A stretch of 58,270 bases of DNA, taken from the NCBI GenBank assembly GCA_964467385.1, contig CAYXQC010000005.1, forward strand, positions 1 to 58,270. The letters are read 5' to 3'. Under the pieces are notes generated by a model. It searched no databases, had not been told where the DNA came from, and saw nothing but the letters and a program-made list of their open reading frames with translations. The position numbers and the translations under genes are program-made. Shown here in pieces: positions 35,569-44,497 of this stretch (position 1 is the stretch's first letter; each line of letters opens with the position of its first letter). Source of the stretch: an uncultured Candidatus Saccharibacteria bacterium. GTDB taxonomy: Bacteria; Patescibacteriota; Minisyncoccia; Phycocordibacterales; CAIZLB01.

Positions 35569-36783
35569 ATGAAAACATTACTTCGAATACTCGTAATCGG
35601 CGCGATTTTGCTTATTTTGGTGTTTCTAAGCATCGGAATGGTAAAAATTGTTCCAAAAGCCCTTTCATCACTCGCCTCTGCAACCGTTTCTATTGGTTCG
35701 ATTTTTGGTAATGATGAAAATGCGACAACGACCCCTTCAACTGAAGGTGGTCTTACCCAGAGCAATGGTGGTTTCGTTATTGTCAGTAGCTCGACTTCAT
35801 CTGGACAGAATTCAGGTGCAGTAAACAGTAACGACAATGCAAATAAAAACGCTACAACTTCTATTCTTGATTTGATCAAGCCAAAGTTTGGTTCATATCC
35901 TTACAACAACTACGTTCCAACTGTAGCGACTACAACAAGTTCAGTAGCCTCTTCACCAACTTCATCACCTTCTATTTGTGCGACTGCAAATCTTTCTGAT
36001 CTTGCCATTAGCATAATTTCACGAGGCGTGATAAGCAAAACTACAGGTCAATTTGTTGAAACAAATAATTTCGCAACAAATGATACAGTTGTGATTAAGT
36101 TTAAAGTTGAAAACCGTGGCACATGTTCTACTGGAACATGGTCATTCAAAGCTGAAATGCCATCACAAAATACCGCCGATCAGGTGCGAACTATTGCAAG
36201 TGTAAACCCAATTCCTGCAGGTTCTGCTATCACTGGTCAAGCTAACTTCGATTCACCTCGAGCTGGTACATCAAACGTTGTACTTACAGTTACTGATACA
36301 AGTGGTCGAGATGCGAATACATCTAACAATGTTGCAACTTCTCCTCTTACTGTGATCAACAACGGCACAGGAAACACTAATAACGTGATTGTATCAGGTG
36401 ATGGACGAGCCGATCTTATCGTGCGAGTTCTCCAGACTGGTGTGCTTACATATAACAATCAGTTTATTCCGACAGGGACTTCATACGGAAATTTCCGAAT
36501 TGGAGATCGTGTCGCTGTAAAATTTGAAGTCGTAAACCAAGGTCAGACTGCATCTGGTATCTGGAACTTCAGAGCTGAAATGAGTCCTGTAAATCAACAG
36601 TACCAGAACAATCAGTATGAAGCTTCTATTCCATCGGGCGGACGAATTACATACACACTGGCGTTCGATAACCCACAGATCGGATCAAACTCAATCACTA
36701 TTTTTGCGGATAGCATGAATCAGGTAAATGAGTTCAATGAAGGAAACAACATTGCAACTGCAAGCTTTAATGTGAGTTATTAA
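35569..36783 (+). CDS. Membrane-anchored surface protein with CARDB-like repeats
   Basis: N-terminal TM segment LLRILVIGAILLILVFL and a Ser/Thr-rich linker. Repeats of the type DLAISIISRG...VVIKFKVENRGTCSTGTWSFKAEMP and ADLIVRVL...VAVKFEVVNQGQTASGIWNFRAEM...NEGNNIA. Confidence 0.7.
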   Translation: MKTLLRILVIGAILLILVFLSIGMVKIVPKALSSLASATVSIGSIFGNDENATTTPSTEGGLTQSNGGFVIVSSSTSSGQNSGAVNSNDNANKNATTSILDLIKPKFGSYPYNNYVPTVATTTSSVASSPTSSPSICATANLSDLAISIISRGVISKTTGQFVETNNFATNDTVVIKFKVENRGTCSTGTWSFKAEMPSQNTADQVRTIASVNPIPAGSAITGQANFDSPRAGTSNVVLTVTDTSGRDANTSNNVATSPLTVINNGTGNTNNVIVSGDGRADLIVRVLQTGVLTYNNQFIPTGTSYGNFRIGDRVAVKFEVVNQGQTASGIWNFRAEMSPVNQQYQNNQYEASIPSGGRITYTLAFDNPQIGSNSITIFADSMNQVNEFNEGNNIATASFNVSY

Positions 36784-37177
36784 GAAGTTTGGTGCAGAAT
36801 TTGGATCAGTAAAAAGTGCTAAAGAAAAGACTCATCGAAAGGTGGGCTTTTTCTTTTTTTCATTTATACAATGTGGATGTATGCATCATCGATAAATATA
36901 CTAAATATGATGTAATAGTATACGGAATATTCTTACAGCTAGGATATCCATGTATGGTACCAAGATCTCTTGGGACCATCTGGGTTCCTGGAGGCTGGTC
37001 GTTTCGGACCTACCAAGCACATTGAAAGGTGAAGCTACAAACAGACCGAAAATGAAAATCGAATACACGGAAAAAAAGCACTCCTGCTACTTTTAGGCTC
37101 AGCCTTCAAGCGTGACGACGTGAAGAAAAATGGGCAGAACGAACGACCTTAACGCTGTAACAGTGAGATAAAATGTA

Positions 37178-37843
37178 CTACCACGAATCCCCTTCTCTCA
37201 TACTCGTGTCGCCGAGATGGGCTACATCTCCCCAAATCTTAAGTTTCCACCTAAACCGGTCATCATATTTGTATTGTTCGAACAAAGTAATTCCCGTATT
37301 TGCAAGAGTAACACCTCTATATATGTCCCAATATTCATACGAAGTTAGATCATCACCATGAATAACACACGCAAGTATCATTTTCATAAAAATACCATGC
37401 GAGACACAGAGTATTTTTTCTTCGGGCAGATTTTCGACATGCCTTAAAACATCGAGTGCTCGTCTTTTCATTTCACTAAATGTTTCCCCATCCTCAAATT
37501 TAAACAAAGGGTCATGGAAATTATCTTCACTTAATTTATCAATCCGTATAGTTTCGGGATCAGATTTACTTTTACCCACTACACTGCTTGGCTTTATTCG
37601 TTCTACAAGTAAATCACTATACTCAATATCCTTTCCGAGCGAGACGTTAATATAATCAGCAGTTTGTTTTGCTCGTACATAGGTACTCACTATTATTTTG
37701 TCGATGGGAATAGTCTTAAATCTTTCGGCCACTATTTGTGCCTGTTTTTCTCCTTCTGGTGAAAGTGGAGTAGACGGACCCTGTCTTATGTCACCAATAT
37801 TTCCAGTACTTTCGGCATGTCTTACGAAATACAATTTCTTCAT
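37178..37843 (-). CDS. Histidine phosphatase family protein (phosphoglycerate mutase-like)
   Basis: LYFVRHAESTGN (RHG-type motif) and a second His motif CVSHGIFM. I prefer ATG 37843 over TTG 37852. Confidence 0.8.
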   Translation of the reverse strand: MKKLYFVRHAESTGNIGDIRQGPSTPLSPEGEKQAQIVAERFKTIPIDKIIVSTYVRAKQTADYINVSLGKDIEYSDLLVERIKPSSVVGKSKSDPETIRIDKLSEDNFHDPLFKFEDGETFSEMKRRALDVLRHVENLPEEKILCVSHGIFMKMILACVIHGDDLTSYEYWDIYRGVTLANTGITLFEQYKYDDRFRWKLKIWGDVAHLGDTSMREGDSW

Positions 37844-37940
37844 ACTATTCAAAGTAGCATAAAGTAAATAGAAGATACAACACTAAATAGCAAGCTTCCA
37901 AACAAATTTCCCTATTCTAGTAACAAAAAACTGACGAGAA

Positions 37941-37984
37941 AAGGTGTACACCTTGCGGAGGCTTATATTCAGCTGAATATAAGC
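37941..37984 (-). terminator. Two adjacent perfect palindromes downstream of gyrB (probable tandem terminator hairpins)
   Basis: AAGGTGTACACCTT (37941-37954) and GCTTATATTCAGCTGAATATAAGC (37961-37984). A T-run follows on the minus strand (ttctcgtcagTTTTTT). Confidence 0.55.
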
Positions 37985-38052
37985 TGAGCAGAGCAAAAAT
38001 TCTGGAGAATTTTATGCATAGCATACATATTTTTGAGAAGGTTTTTTATTAT

Positions 38053-40281
38053 TTAAACGTCTAGTCGCGCAGTCTTCGCATTTGTCTGAATGAATGTCTT
38101 TCGAGATGGCACGTCATTACCCATAAGGACCTCGATGATCTTCCCAGCTTCTTCAGCATCTTCAATTGCTACACGCTTCAGTACTCGCTTTGTAATATCC
38201 ATAGTTGTTTCACCAAGTTCTTCTGCATTCATTTCTCCAAGACCCTTGTATCGTTGAACATGTGGAGGTTTTGCCGACTTTACTTCACCCTTTTCACCTT
38301 TCTTGCCTTTTCCTTTGCCAGCTGCCACTTCTTCAGCTTCTTCATTTTCGTTTTCCTCGTCTTCCATTTCTTCAGACTCTTCATCATCTGCATCACCAAC
38401 CTTGATAGCATCAGCATCAAATCCAAGACTCTTTAGATATGCGTTCTTCTCTTCATCGTTGTAGAAATAGCGGAGATCTTTTCCTTTACCAACTTTGTAA
38501 AGTGGCGGCTGAGCAATGTATACGAATCCCCCATCGATCAGTGGTCGGAAATATCGGTACATCAAAGTGAGAATAAGCGTTCGAATGTGAGCACCGTCCA
38601 CATCGGCATCGGTTGCGATGATGATTTTGTGATATCGAAGTTTTGTGAGATCAAACGTATCGCCAATTGCGGTACCGAGTGCAACTACAAGATTTCGAAT
38701 CTGTTCTGAAGCAAGCATCTTGTCGAGTCGCGCTCGTTCAATGTTTAAAATCTTACCTCGAAGTGGCAATACTGCTTGAGTTCGTCGATCACGACCCATC
38801 TTTGCAGTACCTCCCGCAGAGTCTCCCTCCACAATGAAAAGTTCTGATTCCTCCGCTTTTCGGCTTTGACAATCTGCGAGTTTTCCAGGAAGTGTCATAC
38901 CTTCGAGTGCACCTTTTCGAAGCACTGAATCCTTGGCAGCCTTAGCAGCCTTTCGTGCTCGAAGCGCAAGAAGGCCTTTGTTGATGATAGCTTTAGCATC
39001 ATCTGGATTCTCCTCCATGAATGCACTAAATGCTTCTGAAAATACAGATGACGTTGCACCTTGAGCTTCAGTTGAACCAAGCTTGGCTTTTGTCTGACCT
39101 TCGAATTGAATTTCTGGGAGTTTTACTGAAACTACAGCAACGAGACCTTCAAGTACATCTTCACCAGTGAGACTATCAGCTGTATCTTTGATGATGCCGT
39201 TCTTTTTAGCATATTGGTTAATTGTACGAGTTAAAGCTGTTTTGAAACCAGCAACATGTGTACCACCTTCACTGTTATATGTGTTGTTTGCGAATGCAAC
39301 GATCTTTGTGTTGATATCATCTACATACTGAAGTGCAAGCTCAACGTACACGCTCTTATTTCGAGCTTCGCTCGCTTTTACCGTATCCTCATCGTTTTCT
39401 TCACCGTCAGCGCTTTTACTTTTTTCTGCACCCACGATGTACTCTTTATCGATATGGAAAATGCTTTTGTGAACCGGCTTTTGAGTTCGGTTATAAAAAG
39501 CTACAAGTGATCGGAGACCTCCTTCAAAATAGAAAGTCATTGAAGGGACATCGAGACCTACTTCTTTAAGGAAAAATACGTCTTCGTTCTTTGGATCGAT
39601 AATTTCCTGGATCGCTTTTGCATCATATGCTCGAGCATCTACCACATTGATCTCAACACCTCGTACAAGATACGCCTGTTGTCGCAAGTGATTTACAATC
39701 TTGTTCCAATCAAAGTTGATTCCCTCCTTAAAAATTTCAACATCTGGCTTGAACATTACGATAGAACCATGCTTTTTTGATGAACCAATCTTTTTTGTCG
39801 GAGCTTTCGGTTTACCGATCGCATACTCCTGCATATGAAGCCCACCATCCTGATGAACGGTTACTTTTGTATGAACGGAAAGAGCGTTCACCACAGATGC
39901 GCCTACACCGTGAAGACCTCCAGAAACTTTGTAGGCATTGTTATCGAACTTTCCTCCGGCATGAAGAACGGTCATGATCGTCTCAAGAGCTGAAACTTTC
40001 GTCTTCGGGTGAATACCAACCGGAATACCATTACCATTATCAGCCACTCGAATATATCCATCAGGAAGGAGTGCAACTTCAATATGCGAACATCGTCCGG
40101 CCATAGCCTCGTCTCGCGCGTTATCGAAAATTTCCCAAATAAGGTGATGAAGACCTTCAGGACCAGTTGTACCGATGTACATACCAGGTCGCTTTCGCAC
40201 TGGCTCTAGACCTTCGAGAACTGTGATCGACGATGCGTCGTAGCTTGATGACTTAGCCTTTTTTACTTCTTCTTTTGCCAT
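38053..40281 (-). CDS. gyrB: DNA gyrase subunit B
   Basis: YDASSITVLEGLEPVRKRPGMYIG, GGLHGVGASVVNALS, EGDSAGG, and PLRGKILNIE...RYKGLGEMN. Confidence 0.95.
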   Translation of the reverse strand: MAKEEVKKAKSSSYDASSITVLEGLEPVRKRPGMYIGTTGPEGLHHLIWEIFDNARDEAMAGRCSHIEVALLPDGYIRVADNGNGIPVGIHPKTKVSALETIMTVLHAGGKFDNNAYKVSGGLHGVGASVVNALSVHTKVTVHQDGGLHMQEYAIGKPKAPTKKIGSSKKHGSIVMFKPDVEIFKEGINFDWNKIVNHLRQQAYLVRGVEINVVDARAYDAKAIQEIIDPKNEDVFFLKEVGLDVPSMTFYFEGGLRSLVAFYNRTQKPVHKSIFHIDKEYIVGAEKSKSADGEENDEDTVKASEARNKSVYVELALQYVDDINTKIVAFANNTYNSEGGTHVAGFKTALTRTINQYAKKNGIIKDTADSLTGEDVLEGLVAVVSVKLPEIQFEGQTKAKLGSTEAQGATSSVFSEAFSAFMEENPDDAKAIINKGLLALRARKAAKAAKDSVLRKGALEGMTLPGKLADCQSRKAEESELFIVEGDSAGGTAKMGRDRRTQAVLPLRGKILNIERARLDKMLASEQIRNLVVALGTAIGDTFDLTKLRYHKIIIATDADVDGAHIRTLILTLMYRYFRPLIDGGFVYIAQPPLYKVGKGKDLRYFYNDEEKNAYLKSLGFDADAIKVGDADDEESEEMEDEENENEEAEEVAAGKGKGKKGEKGEVKSAKPPHVQRYKGLGEMNAEELGETTMDITKRVLKRVAIEDAEEAGKIIEVLMGNDVPSRKTFIQTNAKTARLDV

Positions 40282-40451
40282 ATTATTCTTATTATTCTGC
40301 GATTTCTGTGCGTCCAGCCGGACCGGTTATAGGCTCGATTATTGGAGCTTTTGATTGATAAATTATACATGAATTATATCAAATTTTCACGATCCTGTTC
40401 GTATTGACCATGATAGTGTTTCGTTGTATCTTTTTGTAACTTTAGATAGGA

Positions 40452-41843
40452 CTACTTCGTAAGGCCTTCAACTACTTCCCACATTTTTGCACTATGACTT
40501 CCTTTGCAGAGAACTACACTTTTTTGCCGTCCAGCTTGTGCATTTTTTATTAAAATTGATTTTAAATAATCAACACACTCTGTATTATCAGAAACTTTTG
40601 TTAATTTTAACTCGCCAATTTCTCCAACAAATTCGCCAGAAATGTCCGAAAAATCTTCTTCAATTCCAACAAACACTACTTCCGAAAAGTTTAATTCTTT
40701 TGCTGCATGCAAAATTCTAATATAGCCAGTATGAGCATAACCACCAAGCTCTCTCAATGCGCCAAGTGCTAGAATTTTTGACTCAGTCGAATTTGAGTAC
40801 AATTTTGATGTTGCGTTCATAGCTGCAATTACAGAATCTGGATTACCATTATATGTGTCATCAATTGCAGTAAATCTTACAGGCTCACCTTCGGTATTTT
40901 TGACGCCAAATAGCTCAACTTCTTTTGGTGAAAATCTACCGGTATCATTTGAAGCAGATTGAAGACCTGAGAAAATAGTTTCGTCACTTATTCCAAGCTT
41001 TTTAGCGAGTGTAATGACCATACAAGCGTCAAGTACAATATGAGGTGCTACTATACCAATATTTGATAATTTCTTGAGCGTTTCTTCATTATCTGCACGG
41101 ATGAATTCAATTGTTACACCTGGCCTCTTAGTCGAACCTTCGGCCGGACTTTTGCTTCGCACCTTTGTCGCAATATACTCACTATACTGATCCTCTTTTG
41201 GCAATATATATACGCCACCATCTGGAATATAGCTTGCCAGTGCACCCTCCTCATCAGCAATCGCCTCAAGAGTGCCAAAAAATTCTATATGTGCCGCACC
41301 GATATTCGTAGTAATTCCATGTGTAGGTTTTGCAATCTTGCAAAGTGCATCAATCTCACCAGGATGATTTGACCCGAGCTCAATAACTGCAACCTTGTGA
41401 CCTGCACTGAGTGATAAAAGTGTTAGTGGTACACCGATGTGATTATTATTATTTCCTTTTGTATACAAAACCGCATCGTCACCAAAATGTTTTTTCAAAA
41501 CTGCAGCAAGGAGATTTTTGGTTGTAGTCTTACCGTTACAACCGCTAATACAAATAACAGGTACATTGAACTGTGCGCGATGTTCTATCGCAATCTGCTG
41601 TAAAGCTTCGACTACATCATCCACTACAACGTATCTGTCATTTTGATCACTTAAATTGTCTGATTGTTCAAACCATTCCCGAGAGACAACCACTACACTT
41701 GCACCTTTCGCCAATGCTTCCGTAATAAAATCATGGCCATCAACATGTTCACCCTTAATGGCAAAAAATATATTTCCAGGTTCAAGGGTTCGTGTATCTA
41801 TTGATCCACCGGACCATTTTTTTAGTTTACTGAGTAATGACAT
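40452..41843 (-). CDS. murF: UDP-N-acetylmuramoyl-tripeptide--D-alanyl-D-alanine ligase
   Basis: DTRTLEPGNIFFAIKGEHVDGHDF and the P-loop ISGCNGKTTTKNLL, in a Mur ligase architecture. I prefer ATG 41843 over the hydrophobic extension. Confidence 0.85.
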   Translation of the reverse strand: MSLLSKLKKWSGGSIDTRTLEPGNIFFAIKGEHVDGHDFITEALAKGASVVVVSREWFEQSDNLSDQNDRYVVVDDVVEALQQIAIEHRAQFNVPVICISGCNGKTTTKNLLAAVLKKHFGDDAVLYTKGNNNNHIGVPLTLLSLSAGHKVAVIELGSNHPGEIDALCKIAKPTHGITTNIGAAHIEFFGTLEAIADEEGALASYIPDGGVYILPKEDQYSEYIATKVRSKSPAEGSTKRPGVTIEFIRADNEETLKKLSNIGIVAPHIVLDACMVITLAKKLGISDETIFSGLQSASNDTGRFSPKEVELFGVKNTEGEPVRFTAIDDTYNGNPDSVIAAMNATSKLYSNSTESKILALGALRELGGYAHTGYIRILHAAKELNFSEVVFVGIEEDFSDISGEFVGEIGELKLTKVSDNTECVDYLKSILIKNAQAGRQKSVVLCKGSHSAKMWEVVEGLTK

Positions 41844-41966
41844 ATGTAAGAATTTGAAAATCAGGAGCTCATGCGTGACAGACAAAAGAACGAGCAACAG
41901 AAACAGTGTAGCAGAAATATCTAACATTATCTTTATTTAGAATTGCAAATAATCTTTTTCATATCA

Positions 41967-41995
41967 TTGCGTTGTTTAAAAAAGAGTGGTATATC
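41967..41995 (+). promoter_or_regulatory. Promoter of the 42056-42802 cassette
   Basis: TTGCGT (41967-41972), 17-nt spacer, TGgTATATC (-10 at 41990-41995). Confidence 0.5.
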
Positions 41996-42055
41996 TACGG
42001 CAGAATAAATCGTACAGAGACAACTATCCAACCCAAAACTGCACATTCACAACCT

Positions 42056-42802
42056 ATGGATCGTCACTATTCATTTCGAGCAAACTCCTCGAACAATCTT
42101 ATGTTGGCCACAGGACTACTAACAGCCTTAAGCGCCAACATCAAACTTCATCTGCTTGATGAAGTTTCGGAATCGCCCCTGGTGAGACCCGGTTCTATTT
42201 TTTGCTATTCACACAGTTCAGGCATTCTCATGCACGAAATATACGCGCAAGCACTTTGGAAAACCTTGACTGACCTTGCAGAAAACGGGTCTTTCACGCT
42301 TCTGAATCTAACAAGCAACATAGCGTTTGTGGTTGATTCGAAGCTTGAACATAAATCAAAAGCCTCATTCCCGGTCAAAGTCCGGAAACTCAAAGAGCGG
42401 GACAAGGACACTATTCGATATTTCAGCGAAAGGGCCAGATCTGTAAAAAATATTTTTTCGCATGGAGTGGAGGGGTTTCAAACCTTAATCCATGTCGTGG
42501 AAACCTGGAACTTTCGCGGCCATAAAACGCTACGTGATGTGTACACTGAACATAGGCAGATATATGAGATAGCACTATCTAAAGATCTGTCGATCGGTAC
42601 GCTGATTCAATGTGTGGCTTACGAAACGATTGAAGATTTGTGCCCTGAAATTCTTCAAGATACAATCTTTTTGCACAGAAGGACACCACACGAGATCGAA
42701 TTCAGACGTGCACAAAAATTGCTCGAGGAAATAGCAGCTCATACCCTCCAAGATCAGATTGTGCACTGGCTCGAAAATCTCGGCTACGAATTCGGCAAAT
42801 AA
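42056..42802 (+). CDS. Hypothetical protein (GC-richer cassette)
   Basis: 248 codons from the first ATG after the predicted transcription start. No recognisable motif. A terminator follows. Confidence 0.55.
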   Translation: MDRHYSFRANSSNNLMLATGLLTALSANIKLHLLDEVSESPLVRPGSIFCYSHSSGILMHEIYAQALWKTLTDLAENGSFTLLNLTSNIAFVVDSKLEHKSKASFPVKVRKLKERDKDTIRYFSERARSVKNIFSHGVEGFQTLIHVVETWNFRGHKTLRDVYTEHRQIYEIALSKDLSIGTLIQCVAYETIEDLCPEILQDTIFLHRRTPHEIEFRRAQKLLEEIAAHTLQDQIVHWLENLGYEFGK

Positions 42803-42838
42803 CAGCCTAACCGTTTCTCTTGAGCTTAGATACTCGAA

Positions 42839-42878
42839 ACACCCGCATCACAGCAATACAAGCTTGGTGCGGGTTTTA
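42839..42878. terminator. Terminator between convergent genes
   Basis: ACCCGCA ... TGCGGGT followed by TTTT. Confidence 0.65.
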
Positions 42879-42881
42879 AAT

Positions 42882-43784
42882 TTATCTAATCAAACTTGCT
42901 TCAATTGCCATAAAAAGTGGGATTTCTTTTCGTGCTTCATTTTCAGCATTTGCTCGCGGACCTTCCTGACTTTTCTTATGAGATGACCATTCTTCAATTC
43001 GAGTTACAGCGAAACCATGCTTTGCCATTAATTTTATAAAAACTTGAAGTGGTCGATGATATGAAACGGTGAATTTTTTGAGTCGTGCATTTTCTTTTGA
43101 ATTCGGAATACCAGGATTCATGTCGATCTTAATAGTATCTTCGCTCAGATATCGATACACTACACGACCCTGTTTATTTTTATGCGGGCTCGTTGATTTC
43201 TCCTCAAAATGCCAATCTGATTCTTGAGGAACACGAAAAGATGGATGATTGATAACCATAATCAGACGGCTGTATTTGTGCGTCTTATTTTCACTTGGAT
43301 CATTATGTTTTAAGATAGCCTGCTTTACCGTATCAAGTTTTCTTGGTTTTTTAAGAATACGTGCAATTTCAGAAAACATCGTATCGATTTCTTTAATATT
43401 TTGCGCAGCTAGAATACAAATCGCATCATCAACTGTCGAACCCTGGATCATATCGAGTTTGTCAGCACCTGAAACATGGAAAGTTGCGTTCTTTGATGCA
43501 TATGCACCATTTTTTCCATTGACCTTCTTTTGCTCAAATCTATACTGCGCTTTTTGAATGAGTTCCCGAGAGATATCTACACCAACTACTCGTGCTTCTT
43601 TTTCAATAATCGCTTCAGAAAAATATCCTTGCCCACATGCAATATCAGCAATGAGTTGACCAGGTCGCGGACTAAGCATACGCATTAAGTTCGGCAAAAC
43701 AACATTCTTTTGATATGAATCTTCGTCGTGCAAATATTCGTCGTACCAATCAGCAACTTTTCCCCAAGATGTATCGTGTTTCAT
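42882..43784 (-). CDS. Class I SAM-dependent methyltransferase
   Basis: Motif I LIADIACGQGYFS and post-I VVGVDIS. I prefer ATG 43784. Confidence 0.8.
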   Translation of the reverse strand: MKHDTSWGKVADWYDEYLHDEDSYQKNVVLPNLMRMLSPRPGQLIADIACGQGYFSEAIIEKEARVVGVDISRELIQKAQYRFEQKKVNGKNGAYASKNATFHVSGADKLDMIQGSTVDDAICILAAQNIKEIDTMFSEIARILKKPRKLDTVKQAILKHNDPSENKTHKYSRLIMVINHPSFRVPQESDWHFEEKSTSPHKNKQGRVVYRYLSEDTIKIDMNPGIPNSKENARLKKFTVSYHRPLQVFIKLMAKHGFAVTRIEEWSSHKKSQEGPRANAENEARKEIPLFMAIEASLIR

Positions 43785-43879
43785 AGTTATGTATAGATAA
43801 GGTCGCACCAACCGCGCAGGCATAAGTAGATGCGTGTGAATGCGAATTTACGTCTATTTATAGCATTTTTTTCAACATA

Positions 43880-43908
43880 TTGCAATTTATTAATTTTATG
43901 TCATAATT
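43880..43908 (+). promoter_or_regulatory. Promoter of the 44056-44358 cassette
   Basis: TTGCAA (43880-43885), 16-17-nt spacer, CATAAT/ATAATT (43902-43908). Confidence 0.5.
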
Positions 43909-44055
43909 GCCCCAGAGCTTGAAGATGAGAATGGATCCGGCTTCGGCTACTACCTATTCAAATCTTTAAACACCCTGATCTTTGAGTTCTGTCTCGGTGC
44001 TGATGCATTGAACAAACTTGGAGTGCTGAAAACTTCACCTCAACACCTTGAAAAC

Positions 44056-44358
44056 ATGCAACGCTCTAATCAAACCGAGACGGCACCACCCGTACCCATA
44101 ATCACATGGTTCATCTGGCTTAGCCTCCTTTTTATCTCAATCTGCCTCGCAAGTTGGTACGCGGTCGGAGGCTGGCACAAAGTCGAAGACATTGTCAACT
44201 TTTTTGTATACGCAGGTGACGCCTATACAAAATCCGCCTCATCCGCAGAATGGGCAGTGATGCTTGGATGGGCAGTTCTCCTTGGATCCCCTATGTGGAT
44301 AACGGTCAAGATAGCAACCTTAGCCCGTGGAGAGCAACCAAGCCTCCATGGCCGCTAA
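44056..44358 (+). CDS. Hypothetical small membrane protein (GC-rich cassette; start ATG 44056 or TTG 44008)
   Basis: Two or three hydrophobic segments (IITWFIWLSLLFISICLASWY; WAVMLGWAVLLGSPMWI). A strong terminator follows. Confidence 0.5.
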   Translation: MQRSNQTETAPPVPIITWFIWLSLLFISICLASWYAVGGWHKVEDIVNFFVYAGDAYTKSASSAEWAVMLGWAVLLGSPMWITVKIATLARGEQPSLHGR

Positions 44359-44391
44359 CAGCTGCTGTTTAGCATTCACCTGTCGGATACC

Positions 44392-44431
44392 AAAAAGCCC
44401 GCGCAACTCATCGTCGCACGGGCTTTTTTTA
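44392..44431 (+). terminator. Rho-independent terminator
   Basis: AAAAAGCCCG ... CGGGCTTTTTTT. Confidence 0.8.
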
Positions 44432-44497
44432 TTTTCCAAAACTTTCGCAAAAAAGTAGCAGAAATTTTTCAGCAAATTTTGCAAAATTTAGAATACA

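Noticed and set aside
27631-36783. Possibility of a diversity-generating retroelement acting on the PKD-like or CARDB repeat proteins.
   Set aside because: The window contains no reverse transcriptase gene. I could find no template/variable repeat pair with adenine-specific mismatches. The only DNA repeats are in-frame tandem units.
36985-37020. Minus-strand string AGGTCCGAAACGACCAGCC, which resembles the SRP RNA helix-8 consensus AGGUCCGGAAGGAAGCAGCC.
   Set aside because: The conserved AGCA of the symmetric loop and the GNRA closing pairs are not reproduced. I also could not draw the long helix 5 that a 4.5S RNA needs.
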